Shown here: one piece after another, positions 39,278-50,269 of the stretch
Layout of the letters: every line of letters begins with the position of its first letter
Position numbering within the stretch: position 1 is the stretch's first letter
Assembly (NCBI GenBank): GCA_963775425.1
Contig: CAVZJB010000011.1
Span: forward strand, 704,001 to 768,000
Source of the DNA: an uncultured delta proteobacterium
Lineage (GTDB): Bacteria; Myxococcota; UBA727; VGSZ01
DNA: 64,000 nt
Direction: 5' to 3'
Notes under the pieces: model-generated
Seen by the model: only the letters and a program-made list of their open reading frames with translations
What the model was told of the DNA's origin: nothing
Database searches by the model: none
Translations under genes and position numbers: made by a program

Positions 39278-40479
39278 TGGCCCTCTCCCGATTGCTCATG
39301 CCCGACGTGCGGGGTCTGCCCCGCGCGTTCTGGCTGCTGTTCTCCGCGGCCCTGATCGACAGGGTCGGCGGGTTCGCCATCGCGTTCCTGGCCATCTTCC
39401 TCACCTCCCGCGCCCACGTCTCCGTCGCCGTCGCTGGCGTCATCGTCTCGCTGCTCGCGCTCGGCGGGCTCATCGGCGCACCCGCCGGGGGCGCGGTCGC
39501 CGACCGCATCGGGAGAAAGCCGGTGCTCGTCGGCGGCCTCCTCCTCACGGCCGCGTCGTGGCTCCACGTGAGCTTCGCGCGCGGCACCGTCCACATCGCG
39601 GTCGCGGTGTTCGTCGCGGGCGTGATGTCGTCGCTGGCGCGCCCGGCGATGGTCGCGGCCATCGCCGACGTCGTCCCCGAGGCCGACCGGCGCCGCGCCT
39701 TCGGCCTGCACTACTGGGCCATCAACCTCGGCTTCGCCGTCTCGGCCATCGCCGCGGGCGCGCTCGCCCACGTGAGCTGGTCGCTCGTGTTCGGCCTCGA
39801 CGCCGCCACCAGCGTCGTCGCGGCCGCGCTCCTGTGGAGCGCCATGCGCGACGCGCTGCCCGAGCGGGCGCCCGTGCGCGCGGGGGAGTCGCCGATGCGC
39901 GCGGCCCTGCGGGGCTTCTCGGACATCGCGCGCGACGGCGTGTTCATGCTCCTGGTGCTGCAGGGCTTCCTGATGGCGTCGGCGTTTCAACAGAGCTGGG
40001 TCCCGCTCGCCGCGGAGCTCGAGCGCGACGGGCTCTCGACGCAGTACGGACCGCTCCTCGCCGTGAACGGGGTGCTCATCGTCCTGCTGCAGCCGACGGC
40101 GGTGCAGGTGACGGCGCGGCTGCGCTCCACCTACGTGCTCGGGACCGGCAGCGCGCTCGTCGGCACGGGCTACTTCCTCACCGCGTTCTGCGACCACGGG
40201 TGGCAGTACGCGCTGGCCATCGCGGTGTGGACCCTCGGCGAGATCCTGCTCGCGTCCACGATGCCCGCGGTCATCGCGCGGCTCGCCCCCGCCGACCGCC
40301 GGGCGACATACCAGGGCGTCTACATGCTGAGCTGGTCGGCGGCGTCGTTTGCGCCGGCGGCGGGCGCGTTCGTCCTCGAGCGCGCCGGCTCCCTGGCGCT
40401 GTGGGGCGGCTGCCTGGCCGCGGGGCTCGTGGGCGTGCTGGTGCAGGTGCGCCTCGACCGGAGTCCGCGCATGCATTAG
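39277..40479 (+). CDS. MFS transporter (MdtH-like; alternative start 39298)
   Basis: GAVADRIGRK motif A; WAINLGF; about 12 TMs. Confidence 0.9.
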   Translation: MALSRLLMPDVRGLPRAFWLLFSAALIDRVGGFAIAFLAIFLTSRAHVSVAVAGVIVSLLALGGLIGAPAGGAVADRIGRKPVLVGGLLLTAASWLHVSFARGTVHIAVAVFVAGVMSSLARPAMVAAIADVVPEADRRRAFGLHYWAINLGFAVSAIAAGALAHVSWSLVFGLDAATSVVAAALLWSAMRDALPERAPVRAGESPMRAALRGFSDIARDGVFMLLVLQGFLMASAFQQSWVPLAAELERDGLSTQYGPLLAVNGVLIVLLQPTAVQVTARLRSTYVLGTGSALVGTGYFLTAFCDHGWQYALAIAVWTLGEILLASTMPAVIARLAPADRRATYQGVYMLSWSAASFAPAAGAFVLERAGSLALWGGCLAAGLVGVLVQVRLDRSPRMH

Positions 40480-40482
40480 GCC

Positions 40483-41682
40483 GTGCCGGTGACGTCCTCG
40501 AGCACCTCCGCCGCCGTACGCCTGCACCTGCCGTGTGCCCGGGGGACGGAGCGCGCCGTCGAGCACGAGCTGAAGCACCTCGGCGCCGCCGACATCAAGG
40601 GCGGCGCCGGGGTGGTCAGCGCCGGCGGCGATATGTCGTTGATGGTTCGCGCCAACGTGTTTTCGCGCTGCGCCAGCCGCGTGCTCCTCGAGCTCGCGCG
40701 CTTCGAGGACGTGGCCGACGCCGACGACCTCGTCGAGCGCCTCTCGCACATCCCGTACGAGGAGCGCCTCGACGCCAAGGGCACGCTGGCGGTGGACGCG
40801 CACCTCAAGGACTGCCCGTGGACCCACGAGCGCTACGCGGCGCAGCGGGTGAAGGACGTCGTCGTGGATCGCCTGCGGGCGCTCGGACGCGGGCGCCCCG
40901 ACGTCGACCTCGTCCGGCCTTCGCTGCGCTTCGTGCTCCACTGGCAGCGAACGACGGCCACGCTGTCGCTCGACACGTCGGGCGATCCGCTCTTTCAGCG
41001 CGGTTACAGGAGGGGCGTCGAGGGCAAGGCGCCGATGAAGGAGACGCTCGCCGCCTCCATCCTCGCCATCGCGCACGCCGACGTGAACCGCGCGTTCCTC
41101 GACCCCTGCTGCGGCACCGGCACGCTCGCCATCGAGCAGGCGTGGCGCGCGCTCAACCGCGCCCCCGGCCGCGACCGCCGCTTCGGCTTCGAGCGTTGGA
41201 GCAAGCGGCCGCCCGAGCTCGATCGCGCGCTCGCGCTGGCGCGCACCGAGGCGCGGGACACGGAGCGCAAGGCGCCGCTCGCGCCCGTGCGCGCCAGCGA
41301 TTGGCACCAGGACGCCATCGACGCGGCGACGGAGTGTCTTCGGCAGGCGGGCGTCGCCGAGCACGTCGCCCTCGAGCGCGTCGACGCCCGGCGCGCGGCG
41401 CTCCCGCCGGGCGGCGTGGTCTGCGCCAACCTCCCCTTCGGCGAGCGCCTGGGCGGCAAGAACCGCCTGCAGCTCGACGGCTTCTACAAGAGCCTCGGCG
41501 AGCGCCTCGCCGAGCACGCGGGGCTCCGCGTCATCCTCTTTTCGGCGCACCCGCGCGCCCGCGCGCTCCTCGCCCTCGACGACGTCGCCGCCGTGAAGAC
41601 GCGCCAATGGCCTCTGCGCGCCGGCGCTCTCGACGCGCGCCTGTACCGCTTCGACCTGCCGCCGCTCGCCGCCACGCCCTGA
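40483..41682 (+). CDS. THUMP-domain RNA methyltransferase (RlmL-like)
   Basis: LDTSGDPLFQRGYR, APMKETLAA, DPCCGTGT, NLPFGERL. Confidence 0.88.
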   Translation: MPVTSSSTSAAVRLHLPCARGTERAVEHELKHLGAADIKGGAGVVSAGGDMSLMVRANVFSRCASRVLLELARFEDVADADDLVERLSHIPYEERLDAKGTLAVDAHLKDCPWTHERYAAQRVKDVVVDRLRALGRGRPDVDLVRPSLRFVLHWQRTTATLSLDTSGDPLFQRGYRRGVEGKAPMKETLAASILAIAHADVNRAFLDPCCGTGTLAIEQAWRALNRAPGRDRRFGFERWSKRPPELDRALALARTEARDTERKAPLAPVRASDWHQDAIDAATECLRQAGVAEHVALERVDARRAALPPGGVVCANLPFGERLGGKNRLQLDGFYKSLGERLAEHAGLRVILFSAHPRARALLALDDVAAVKTRQWPLRAGALDARLYRFDLPPLAATP

Positions 41683-41683
41683 A

Positions 41684-44014
41684 TCACACGTCGACGTCGA
41701 AGCCGTCGTCGTCGTCGACGCGGACGATCTTCTTCGTCGCCCCCTGCGGCGCCGGCGGCGCCGGACCGAGATCCAGCGGCGCGGGGATGCGCGACGCCGA
41801 GGTCGTGATGGGGCGCGCGTCCGTCGTCGTCGTGATGGGCCGCGGCGTGTGGCTCGACGTGATGGGCCGCGGCGTGAGCTTCGACGTGATGGGCCGCGGG
41901 CTCGACGCCGAGGTGATGGGCTTGCCCGTCACGGGGTCGATGCGCTTGCCGCACAAGGGGCGCGCCCAGCCGGCGACGTCCACGGGCGGCCGCGTCGCGA
42001 GCAGCTCCTCGAGCTCGAGCTGGAGCTCCTGCGCGCTCACCGGCCGCTCCTCGGGATCCTTGGCGGCGGCGCGCATGATGAGCCGATCGAGCGCCTCGGG
42101 CACGCCGGCCTCGGGCGCCATGGTCGACAGCGGCGGCAGCGGGTCGTGCAGGATGGCCGACATCGTCTCGTACGTGTCCTTGCGCGAAAACGGGGTGCGC
42201 GCGAGCGCGGCGTAGACGGTCATCGCCATCGCGTAGATGTCGCTGCGCTCGCTCGCCGGCTTGCCGCGCAGCACCTCGGGCGCGAGGAAGGGGATCTTGC
42301 CCTTCACCGACTTGCTGTCCTCCTCGTGCGAGTCCATGGCGCGGGCGATGCCGAAGTCCGAGAGCTTCACGTCTCCCATGCGGCTCACGAGGATGTTCTG
42401 CGGCGACACGTCGCGATGGAGGATGGGCGTGGGGTTGCCCAGGCGATCGCGCGCGGTGTGCGCGGCGTGCAGCCCCGCGCACGCCTCGGCAACCACGCGA
42501 CACACGATGTCGACGCTCACCGGCATGCTCTGTTGCCGGCCGCGCTTCACCAGATCGCCGAAGTCGAGCCCGTCGACGTACTCCATGGCGAGGTAGAGGT
42601 CGTCGGTGCTCTTGCCCACCGTGTAGATGCGCACGACGTTCGGGTGCTGCACGCGGCGAGCGAGGCGAGCCTCCTCGAGGAACATCTGCGAGAAGCTGCC
42701 GTCGGCGCGCAGCTCCGGCAGGATGCACTTGATGGCGACCAGCTTGGTGGGGTCGTCGGTCGCGCGCCCGCGGAACACCTCGGCCATGCCGCCGACGCCG
42801 ACGCGGTCGAGGATCTCGTAGGCGGCGGCGGCGCCGCGCGCGCGCGGCGGCATGCGCGACAGGTACGCCTGCTCCACCTTGGGCCGCAGCTCCTCCACGC
42901 GGGACAGGAGGTAGGGGCGGTTGGGCCCGGGAGGGATGGCGCGCGGATCGAGCTCCGCGAGCCGCTGCTGGTAGCAACGCTCGATCATGGCCGGGCCCGC
43001 GGAGCCCTCGATGCCGAGCACGGCCGCGGGATCGGTCTCGGGCTTGATGTCGAGGTAGAGCGAGAGGATCTCGGCGCCGCCCTTGCCCGGCAGCGCCGCG
43101 AGCTGCGAGAGCTGCTGGGCGTCGGCCTGCACGAGCGCGGCCCGCTGCGCGTTCGCCTTCTGCCGCCGCCGATCCACCTCCGACGCCGGCGGCGGCGCGT
43201 GCAGGAGCCTCATCACGCCGGTGTCGGCGAGCGTGCGCAGGACGAGGCCGCCCATGAGCGGATCGAGCCCCAGCCGCGCGCAGACGTCGGCCACCGTGCG
43301 TGTCCCGTCGACGACGTCGGCGAGGTCGGCGTGGGAGGTGAACGCGCGCAGGCGCGAGGTGGCGTCGGCGAAGCCGAGCTGCGGGACGGCGTACAGCGCG
43401 CCCATCTCCCCGGACAGCCGCATGAGCGCCTCGGGCGGCGTGGCCCGCCGGCGGGCCTCGAGGACGAGGCCGAACGGGTTGACGGCGGTCAGCGGCGTGG
43501 AGGCCGCGAAGCGCTCGCCGTCGAAGAAGGCCCACGCCCCCGCCTGCGCCGACAGCAGCGCCCGCGAAAATTCGCGCACCTCCTCGCGGAGCGCTTCGAG
43601 CACCGCCACCGGGTTCGAGCGGCGCGAGAGCGCGGCGAAGAGGTTCTTGCCCATGCCGGGCCGCGGCGGCGACGGGGCCTTGAGCGGCCCGCGCGCGGCG
43701 AGGCGGCGCTCCAGGGCGGCGCCGTCGGCCGCGGCGACGTGCACCGGCTCACCCGCGAAGAAGTAGAGGGCCCCGAGCGGCCCCGGCATCCCTTCGACCA
43801 CCAGCCGTCCGGAGCGCTCGCCGAGGAACAGCTCCAGGAGCAGCTTCGGGCCGGCGCTGCCGCCGAGGGGGCCGGTGAGGGACGGCCCGTCCGCCTCCTC
43901 GAAGACCGGCCTCGACGGCCCGGTCTCTGACTCCGGCTCAGCGTTCCCTTCGGCGCTCGGCTGCCTCGGCTTGGCGAGGCGCACGATCTTCAGACCCACG
44001 CTTCTGTGTCGCAC
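41684..44014 (-). CDS. Cytoplasmic Ser/Thr kinase with N-terminal DUF4388-like and degenerate J-like domains (start uncertain)
   Basis: RSGRL..LYF..G.P; AVLGI..Y..LDP; GVGGMAEV, VAIK, HRDVSPQN, DFGIA. Confidence 0.85.
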   Translation of the reverse strand: MRHRSVGLKIVRLAKPRQPSAEGNAEPESETGPSRPVFEEADGPSLTGPLGGSAGPKLLLELFLGERSGRLVVEGMPGPLGALYFFAGEPVHVAAADGAALERRLAARGPLKAPSPPRPGMGKNLFAALSRRSNPVAVLEALREEVREFSRALLSAQAGAWAFFDGERFAASTPLTAVNPFGLVLEARRRATPPEALMRLSGEMGALYAVPQLGFADATSRLRAFTSHADLADVVDGTRTVADVCARLGLDPLMGGLVLRTLADTGVMRLLHAPPPASEVDRRRQKANAQRAALVQADAQQLSQLAALPGKGGAEILSLYLDIKPETDPAAVLGIEGSAGPAMIERCYQQRLAELDPRAIPPGPNRPYLLSRVEELRPKVEQAYLSRMPPRARGAAAAYEILDRVGVGGMAEVFRGRATDDPTKLVAIKCILPELRADGSFSQMFLEEARLARRVQHPNVVRIYTVGKSTDDLYLAMEYVDGLDFGDLVKRGRQQSMPVSVDIVCRVVAEACAGLHAAHTARDRLGNPTPILHRDVSPQNILVSRMGDVKLSDFGIARAMDSHEEDSKSVKGKIPFLAPEVLRGKPASERSDIYAMAMTVYAALARTPFSRKDTYETMSAILHDPLPPLSTMAPEAGVPEALDRLIMRAAAKDPEERPVSAQELQLELEELLATRPPVDVAGWARPLCGKRIDPVTGKPITSASSPRPITSKLTPRPITSSHTPRPITTTTDARPITTSASRIPAPLDLGPAPPAPQGATKKIVRVDDDDGFDVDV

Positions 44015-44082
44015 ATCACCTCGGCCACGGAAACCGCGGCTGGATCCGAGCGTCAGGCCGGACCCGAGGGGTGTGCCTTTGC

Positions 44083-45534
44083 CTACTCGCCTTCGCCCTC
44101 GCCCTCTCCTTCGCCTTCGCCTTCTCCTTCGCCTTCGCCTTCGCCTTCGCCTTCGCCTTCGCCCTCGCCTTCACCTTCGCCCTCGCCCTCGCCTTCGCCT
44201 TCGCCTTCGCCGGCGATGCGGGTGGCGCCCTGGGCCATCCAGGTCTCGAGGATGACGGCGTCGGGGACGTTGATGTTGGGGAACGAGGCGTTCGGGTGGA
44301 CGTCCGGCGGGTTCTCGAGGAGGGGCCGGGTGATGAGGAGCGCGTCGAGGGGGCTGTCGACGCAGACGCGCTTGGGCGCGCCGCCGGCGCAGGTGGTGCC
44401 GCCGGCGACGAGCGCGTTGTAGACGTCGTCGGGGAGGCCGTTGAAGATCATCGGCGGCGTGCCCACGGCGCCGACGCCGCCGAGGGTGTGGCAGGCAGTG
44501 CAGCTCTGCCGCGTGAACACGGGCAACACATCGGCCTCGAAGTCGACGGTGCCGAGCGGCGGCGGCGTGGTCGGCGGCGCCATCGTCACGTAGCCGAGCG
44601 ACGACGCGAGCAGGTCGACGGTCTCGTCCTGGAAGGAGGGCACGGTGACGGTGGCGAGGCCGGCGCCGGTGCCGGCGGCGTTTCGCAGCTTGAAGACGAC
44701 GAAGCGGCCGGTGGCCGTCGACGCGTCGTTGGCCGGGTTTCCGACGTAGACGCCCTGCACGTCGTCGAGGAAGCAGATGTTGGCGGGGTCGGTGTTGGGG
44801 TTGCCGTCGATGCTCACCACGATGTCGCTCTTGGGGACGTTGGCGACGCCGTCGGCCTCGTTGTCGCTGCCCGCCGGCGCGAGGCGCCCGAAGATGGCGG
44901 AGAAGACGACGAAGTCGGGGCTGTCGACGGCCTCGGCGAGCGAGGCGTACAGGCCGCAATCGACGGCCATCTGCGCGAGCTGTCCGAACTCGAGGTAGCG
45001 CTGGTTGAGCGTCTGCGCGGCGGTGATGCCTGTGGAGCGAACCACGCGGTTCGAGTAGCCCGACGGGATCGGGTGCGGCGTGTCGGCGATGATGACCTGC
45101 TCGGGCTGGCCGCCGGGCAGGTAGCGCAGCTCGAGGGCGAGCGCCGACTGCAAGGGCATCGCGGGCAGCGAGTAGAAGCCGCTGATGTCCGTGGGAGCGG
45201 AGGCGGCCGGCGGGTTGCCGACGTTGAGCGCCGTGACCGTGACCTGGTCGAGGAGGTGGCCGCCCCGGAGGACGAACTGACCTTCGGCGACGACGCCGCT
45301 GACGTCGACCTCGGTGACGACGTCGCCCTCGCCTTCCCCTTCTCCTTCGCCTTCGCCTTCTCCTTCGCCCTCGCCCTCGCCCTCTCCTTCGTCGCCCTCG
45401 CCTTCGCCTTCCCCCTCGCCGCTGGGAGGTGCGGGCGGGTCGACCACTTGCGGGGTCTCCGGACATCCGGTGAGAGAGAACGCTCCGGCCGAGAGGAGCG
45501 CAAGACAAGCGAGCCGCAAGGTTTCATGGCGCAT
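44083..45534 (-). CDS. Monoheme c-type cytochrome lipoprotein with (GE)n tracts at both ends
   Basis: Lipobox LTGC; TDISGFYSL (carboxypeptidase-regulatory-like); VDFEADVLPVF..CTACH..W..QGA. Confidence 0.78.
   Translation of the reverse strand: MRHETLRLACLALLSAGAFSLTGCPETPQVVDPPAPPSGEGEGEGEGDEGEGEGEGEGEGEGEGEGEGEGDVVTEVDVSGVVAEGQFVLRGGHLLDQVTVTALNVGNPPAASAPTDISGFYSLPAMPLQSALALELRYLPGGQPEQVIIADTPHPIPSGYSNRVVRSTGITAAQTLNQRYLEFGQLAQMAVDCGLYASLAEAVDSPDFVVFSAIFGRLAPAGSDNEADGVANVPKSDIVVSIDGNPNTDPANICFLDDVQGVYVGNPANDASTATGRFVVFKLRNAAGTGAGLATVTVPSFQDETVDLLASSLGYVTMAPPTTPPPLGTVDFEADVLPVFTRQSCTACHTLGGVGAVGTPPMIFNGLPDDVYNALVAGGTTCAGGAPKRVCVDSPLDALLITRPLLENPPDVHPNASFPNINVPDAVILETWMAQGATRIAGEGEGEGEGEGEGEGEGEGEGEGEGEGEGEGEGEGEGEGEGE
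44086..44211 (-). repeat. (Gly-Glu)21 C-terminal tail
   Basis: 126-nt hexamer array ending at the stop codon. Confidence 0.92.
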
Positions 45535-45633
45535 GACAACAGAGTGCGAGATCACGCAAGCCCTCCGCAATCCGTCGGAGGGATGGATCTGGCCACACAT
45601 CGGCCATACGGAGGACACTCTGGTGCCATTTCG

Positions 45634-45649
45634 CGTGAGCCTTGTCACA
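45634..45649. promoter_or_regulatory. CRP-family-like operator CGTGA-N6-TCACA
   Basis: 9/10 match to TGTGA-N6-TCACA in a divergent intergenic region. Confidence 0.4.
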
Positions 45650-45762
45650 TGCTCCTACATCTGCCGACGCGCAAGCGCGGGAGCGGCCGGGGGGCATCGT
45701 CGTCGGCGGGTCCCTTTTGCGGCCGTGGACATGCGCTCCGGAGAGCCCTTAACGTCGCGCGC

Positions 45763-46635
45763 ATGAGGACCTTCATCCGCACCAAAAATATCGCCATCCT
45801 CGTCGTCATCACCGTCGTCGCCGCGTCGGGCTGCGTCTCGAAGGGGGACTACGAAGCGCTGCAGAAGGACCGCGACGCCACCAAGGCCGCGCTGCAACAG
45901 ACCCAGCAGGCGCTGACGCAAGCGCAGGCCCGCGGCGACGACGAGGCCGCGCAGCTCAAGAAGCTCACGGACGCGCGGGACCAGCTCCAAAAGGACCTGT
46001 CGGCACGGCAGGCGGACCTCGAGGCGCAGCAGGCGGAGCTCGCGGGCGTGATGAAGGACAAGGCCAAGCTCAAGTCGTCCGTCGAGGACATGAAGCAGGC
46101 GATGGCCGACCTGGCCAAGCGCAAGGCGCAGGCGGACCAGCGCATCTCGGAGTTCAAGAGCCTCGTCGACCGCTTCAAGAAGCTCATCGACGCCGGCAAG
46201 CTGCGCGTGAAGATCGTCGAGGGGCGCATGGTGGTGGAGCTGGCCACCGACATCCTGTTCGACTCGGGCTCGGCGCGGCTGTCCAAGGACGGCAAGGCGT
46301 CCATCGAGGAGGTCGCGGCGGTGCTCGGCGGCATCGAGAACCGTCGCTTCCAGGTGGAGGGCCACACCGACAACGTCCCGATGCACACCGCGCAGTACCC
46401 GTCCAACTGGGAGCTGGCGGCGGCGCGCGCGGTGAACGTCGTGAAGGCGATGGTCAGCGCGGGCATGCCGCCTGAGCGCATCTCCGCCGCGAGCTACGCG
46501 GAGTTCAAGCCCGCGCAGCCGAACGACACGCCCGAGGGAAAGGCCTCCAACCGCCGCATCGAGATCGTGGTCGTGCCCGACCTCTCGTCGCTGCCGGGCT
46601 TCGAGGAGCTTCAGAAGGCCTCGGTGGGCACGTAG
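45763..46635 (+). CDS. OmpA/MotB-family lipoprotein with coiled coil
   Basis: ASGC lipobox; ILFDSGSA, VEGHTDN, NWELAAARA, NRRIEI. Confidence 0.9.
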   Translation: MRTFIRTKNIAILVVITVVAASGCVSKGDYEALQKDRDATKAALQQTQQALTQAQARGDDEAAQLKKLTDARDQLQKDLSARQADLEAQQAELAGVMKDKAKLKSSVEDMKQAMADLAKRKAQADQRISEFKSLVDRFKKLIDAGKLRVKIVEGRMVVELATDILFDSGSARLSKDGKASIEEVAAVLGGIENRRFQVEGHTDNVPMHTAQYPSNWELAAARAVNVVKAMVSAGMPPERISAASYAEFKPAQPNDTPEGKASNRRIEIVVVPDLSSLPGFEELQKASVGT

Positions 46636-46755
46636 GCGGGGCCGACGCGGCGCCGTGGGTGGGGCGCCGTGTCCCCGGGACCGACGCGGCGCCCTGGAGG
46701 CGAGCGCCGGGGATCCCCCGCGCCAGGGGCGACTTCGGGTGCTAGCAAGCCCGCC

Positions 46756-47856
46756 ATGCGCGCTCTCGTCCCCGCAATGCTCGTGCTCGCGCTGGTGGCC
46801 TGCGGCCCCACCGGTGGGTCGCGCGACGCGGCGGACGCAGGCGACGCCGCGCTCGCGGGCGACACCTCCGGCGCCGGCTCGGTCGACGCGGGCTTGGTCG
46901 ATACACGCGACGCGGGCTCGGTCGTTCCAGGCGACGATGCAGGCGACGCGGGCCCGGTCGATCCAGGCGACGCGGGCTCCGTCGACACAGGCGACGCGGG
47001 CTCGGTCGACGCGGGCTCGGTCGACACGGGGGCCGACGCCGGCGTTGCCCCCTGGCGCACGTCGCTGCACCGATGCTGGAACGACGCGAGCTGCGCGCGG
47101 GTGATGGCGGTCGGGCACGGCGGCGCGTGGGACACGTCGTCGGCGCCGTACGACTCGAACGCGGCGCTCCAGGCCGCGTTCGACGGCGACGTCGACGGCG
47201 TGAAGATCGACGTGCGCGTCACCGCCGACGACGTCCCCGTCATCTCGCACTCGAGCCCGCTCGAGATCTACGAATCGCTCGACTGCTACAACCGGCGCAT
47301 CGAGGAGATGACCGCGGACGAGGTCACCGCGTGCCACCGCGTGCCGTCGCACACCGAGACCTTCCAGCGCCTCGACGACGTCCTCGACTGGCTGCGCGGA
47401 AAGATGGTGGTCCAGCTCTGCGTCAAGCGCTCGCAGGACTACCAGCGCACCATCGACGAGGTGCACGCGCAACACGCCGAGGACTACGCGTTCATCGAGA
47501 TCTCCCCGGACGAGATGGTGAACCAGGTGCCCACGCTCGACGACGCCGGCGACATCTACTTCCTCATCAACGCCGCCTCCGACCTCTCCGCCGTCGACAG
47601 CGTGCTCGCGTTGAACGATCCGCGCGCCTTCATGATCGAATTCAATCCCACCGTGGACCTGGGCGACCTCGTCACCACGCGCCTGCACCCCGCCGGCGTG
47701 CGCGCCTTCACCTACGACGACGGCTCCATCGTCACCAAGGCGCAGCTCGAGGCCCACTTCGACGCCGGCTTCGACGTCGTCTCCGCCAACGCCGCCCTCC
47801 GTGACGTCGAGGCCCGCGTCGACGCCAACCAGGCCCGCGGCGTCACGCCTCCGTGA
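46756..47856 (+). CDS. Glycerophosphodiester phosphodiesterase-like lipoprotein (divergent active site)
   Basis: LVAC lipobox; DAG-rich linker; GHGG..NS.AA..GVKIDVRVTADDVPVISH. Confidence 0.75.
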   Translation: MRALVPAMLVLALVACGPTGGSRDAADAGDAALAGDTSGAGSVDAGLVDTRDAGSVVPGDDAGDAGPVDPGDAGSVDTGDAGSVDAGSVDTGADAGVAPWRTSLHRCWNDASCARVMAVGHGGAWDTSSAPYDSNAALQAAFDGDVDGVKIDVRVTADDVPVISHSSPLEIYESLDCYNRRIEEMTADEVTACHRVPSHTETFQRLDDVLDWLRGKMVVQLCVKRSQDYQRTIDEVHAQHAEDYAFIEISPDEMVNQVPTLDDAGDIYFLINAASDLSAVDSVLALNDPRAFMIEFNPTVDLGDLVTTRLHPAGVRAFTYDDGSIVTKAQLEAHFDAGFDVVSANAALRDVEARVDANQARGVTPP

Positions 47857-49028
47857 TCAGGGAGATCGTCGCATGAGCCATTCCCACCCGCTGCTCGTCG
47901 TTCTCCTCGGCGCTGGCGCCTACGTCGGCGTGCTCACGGTCATCGTCCTCCTCGCCGTGCGCTGGTCGCGGCGCGTGTTGAAGCACAAGTCCGACGCGTT
48001 CGCCGGCGGGCTCGGGAGCGACGCGCGTCTGGTCGGCGAGACCGCCCTCCAGGCCCGTTACCACGGCTTCGAGCGCGAGTACGACGTCGACGGACAGCGG
48101 GTCTTCGTGCGGTCCCGTTACGTCGGCCGCGACTTCGTCCGCACCGATCTGCGGGTGACGGCGCGCCCGTGCCCCGCCGTGGTGCTCTATCCCGAGCACG
48201 CGCTGCAGCGCTTCGGCAAGGCCATTCGCCTCAACCGCGAGGTGCAGCTCGGCGACGGCGCGTTCGACGACGCCGTCTACATCGACACCGCCGAGACCGA
48301 CGACGACAAGGTGAAGCGCCTGTTGTCCGCGGAGGCGGTGCGCGCCGGCGTCCGCGAGCTGCTCGCGCTCGGCTACAAGGTGCAGTTCTCCATGAACGGC
48401 ATCTCCGCGTTCCGCGTCGCCTACGCGCTCAAGGCCGCGGACGGCTCGGGCTCCCGCGCGGCCGTCGCCGTCTTGAAGACCCTGGCCGAGCACGTGCCGT
48501 CCTTCGACGCCGCCACGCTGGCGCCCGCGTCCAAGGGGAGAAGCGTCCTCCTCGGCGCCGCCGTCGTCGTCCCCGCCTTCGCCGGCGTCATGGCCGCGGC
48601 GGCGGCGGACGCGAGCGGCGGCCATTTGCTCGACCCGAGCGGCGTCGGCGAGGCGTTCTTGATCGGGCTTGGGTGCTGGCTCGTCTATCTCGCGGTCCTC
48701 GTCCTCGCCGTGCGCGGGACTTCGCGCGCGCTCACCGTCGTGCTCGTCGCCGGCGGCATCGGGCTGTTCGGCGTCCCCATCCTCGGCGCGGTCACGCCGC
48801 TGATGCTCAACGAAGCGCTCGACCACAGCCCCGCCGTCTCCCACTGGGCGGCGGTCCGCCGCCTCGACCGCCACAGGCATCACGAGATCCGCGTGGCCTC
48901 CTGGCGCACGCCCGGGCGCGAGGAGACGGTCCGCGTTCCCACCGCCGTCTATCGCGGGCTGAAGCTCGGCGACGAGGTCAACGTCCGCGTCCACCCGGGC
49001 CGCTTCGGCTGGGCGTGGGCGGAGCCCG

Positions 49029-50075
<1,047 letters not shown>

Positions 50076-50177
50076 GCCGCGTCCTACCGCGGGGTCTCGC
50101 CCCGCGCGAGCGGCGCTATGGTGGTCGCATGGCTCTCGCCCGCGCCGCCGGCGGCCCGCCGCACAGCCCACGCTCCT

Positions 50178-50255
50178 CGTGCGCGTCCGGCGCGGCGCGC
50201 TCGCCGTGCGCGTCCGGCGCGGCGCGCTCGTCGTGCGCGTCCGGCGGGGGGCGCC
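50178..50255. repeat. About 3 tandem copies of a 27-nt unit (cgtgcgcgtccggcgcggcgcgctcgY)
   Basis: Units start at 50178, 50205 and 50232. Confidence 0.8.
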
Positions 50256-50269
50256 GGCGCGGCGCGGGC

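Noticed and set aside
44071-44220. Poly-(Ala-Phe) or poly-(Ser-Pro) ORFs on the + strand
   Set aside because: Antisense readings of the (Gly-Glu)n tract
45610-45632. Sigma-54 promoter (TGGCAC on the minus strand)
   Set aside because: No TTGC at the -12 position
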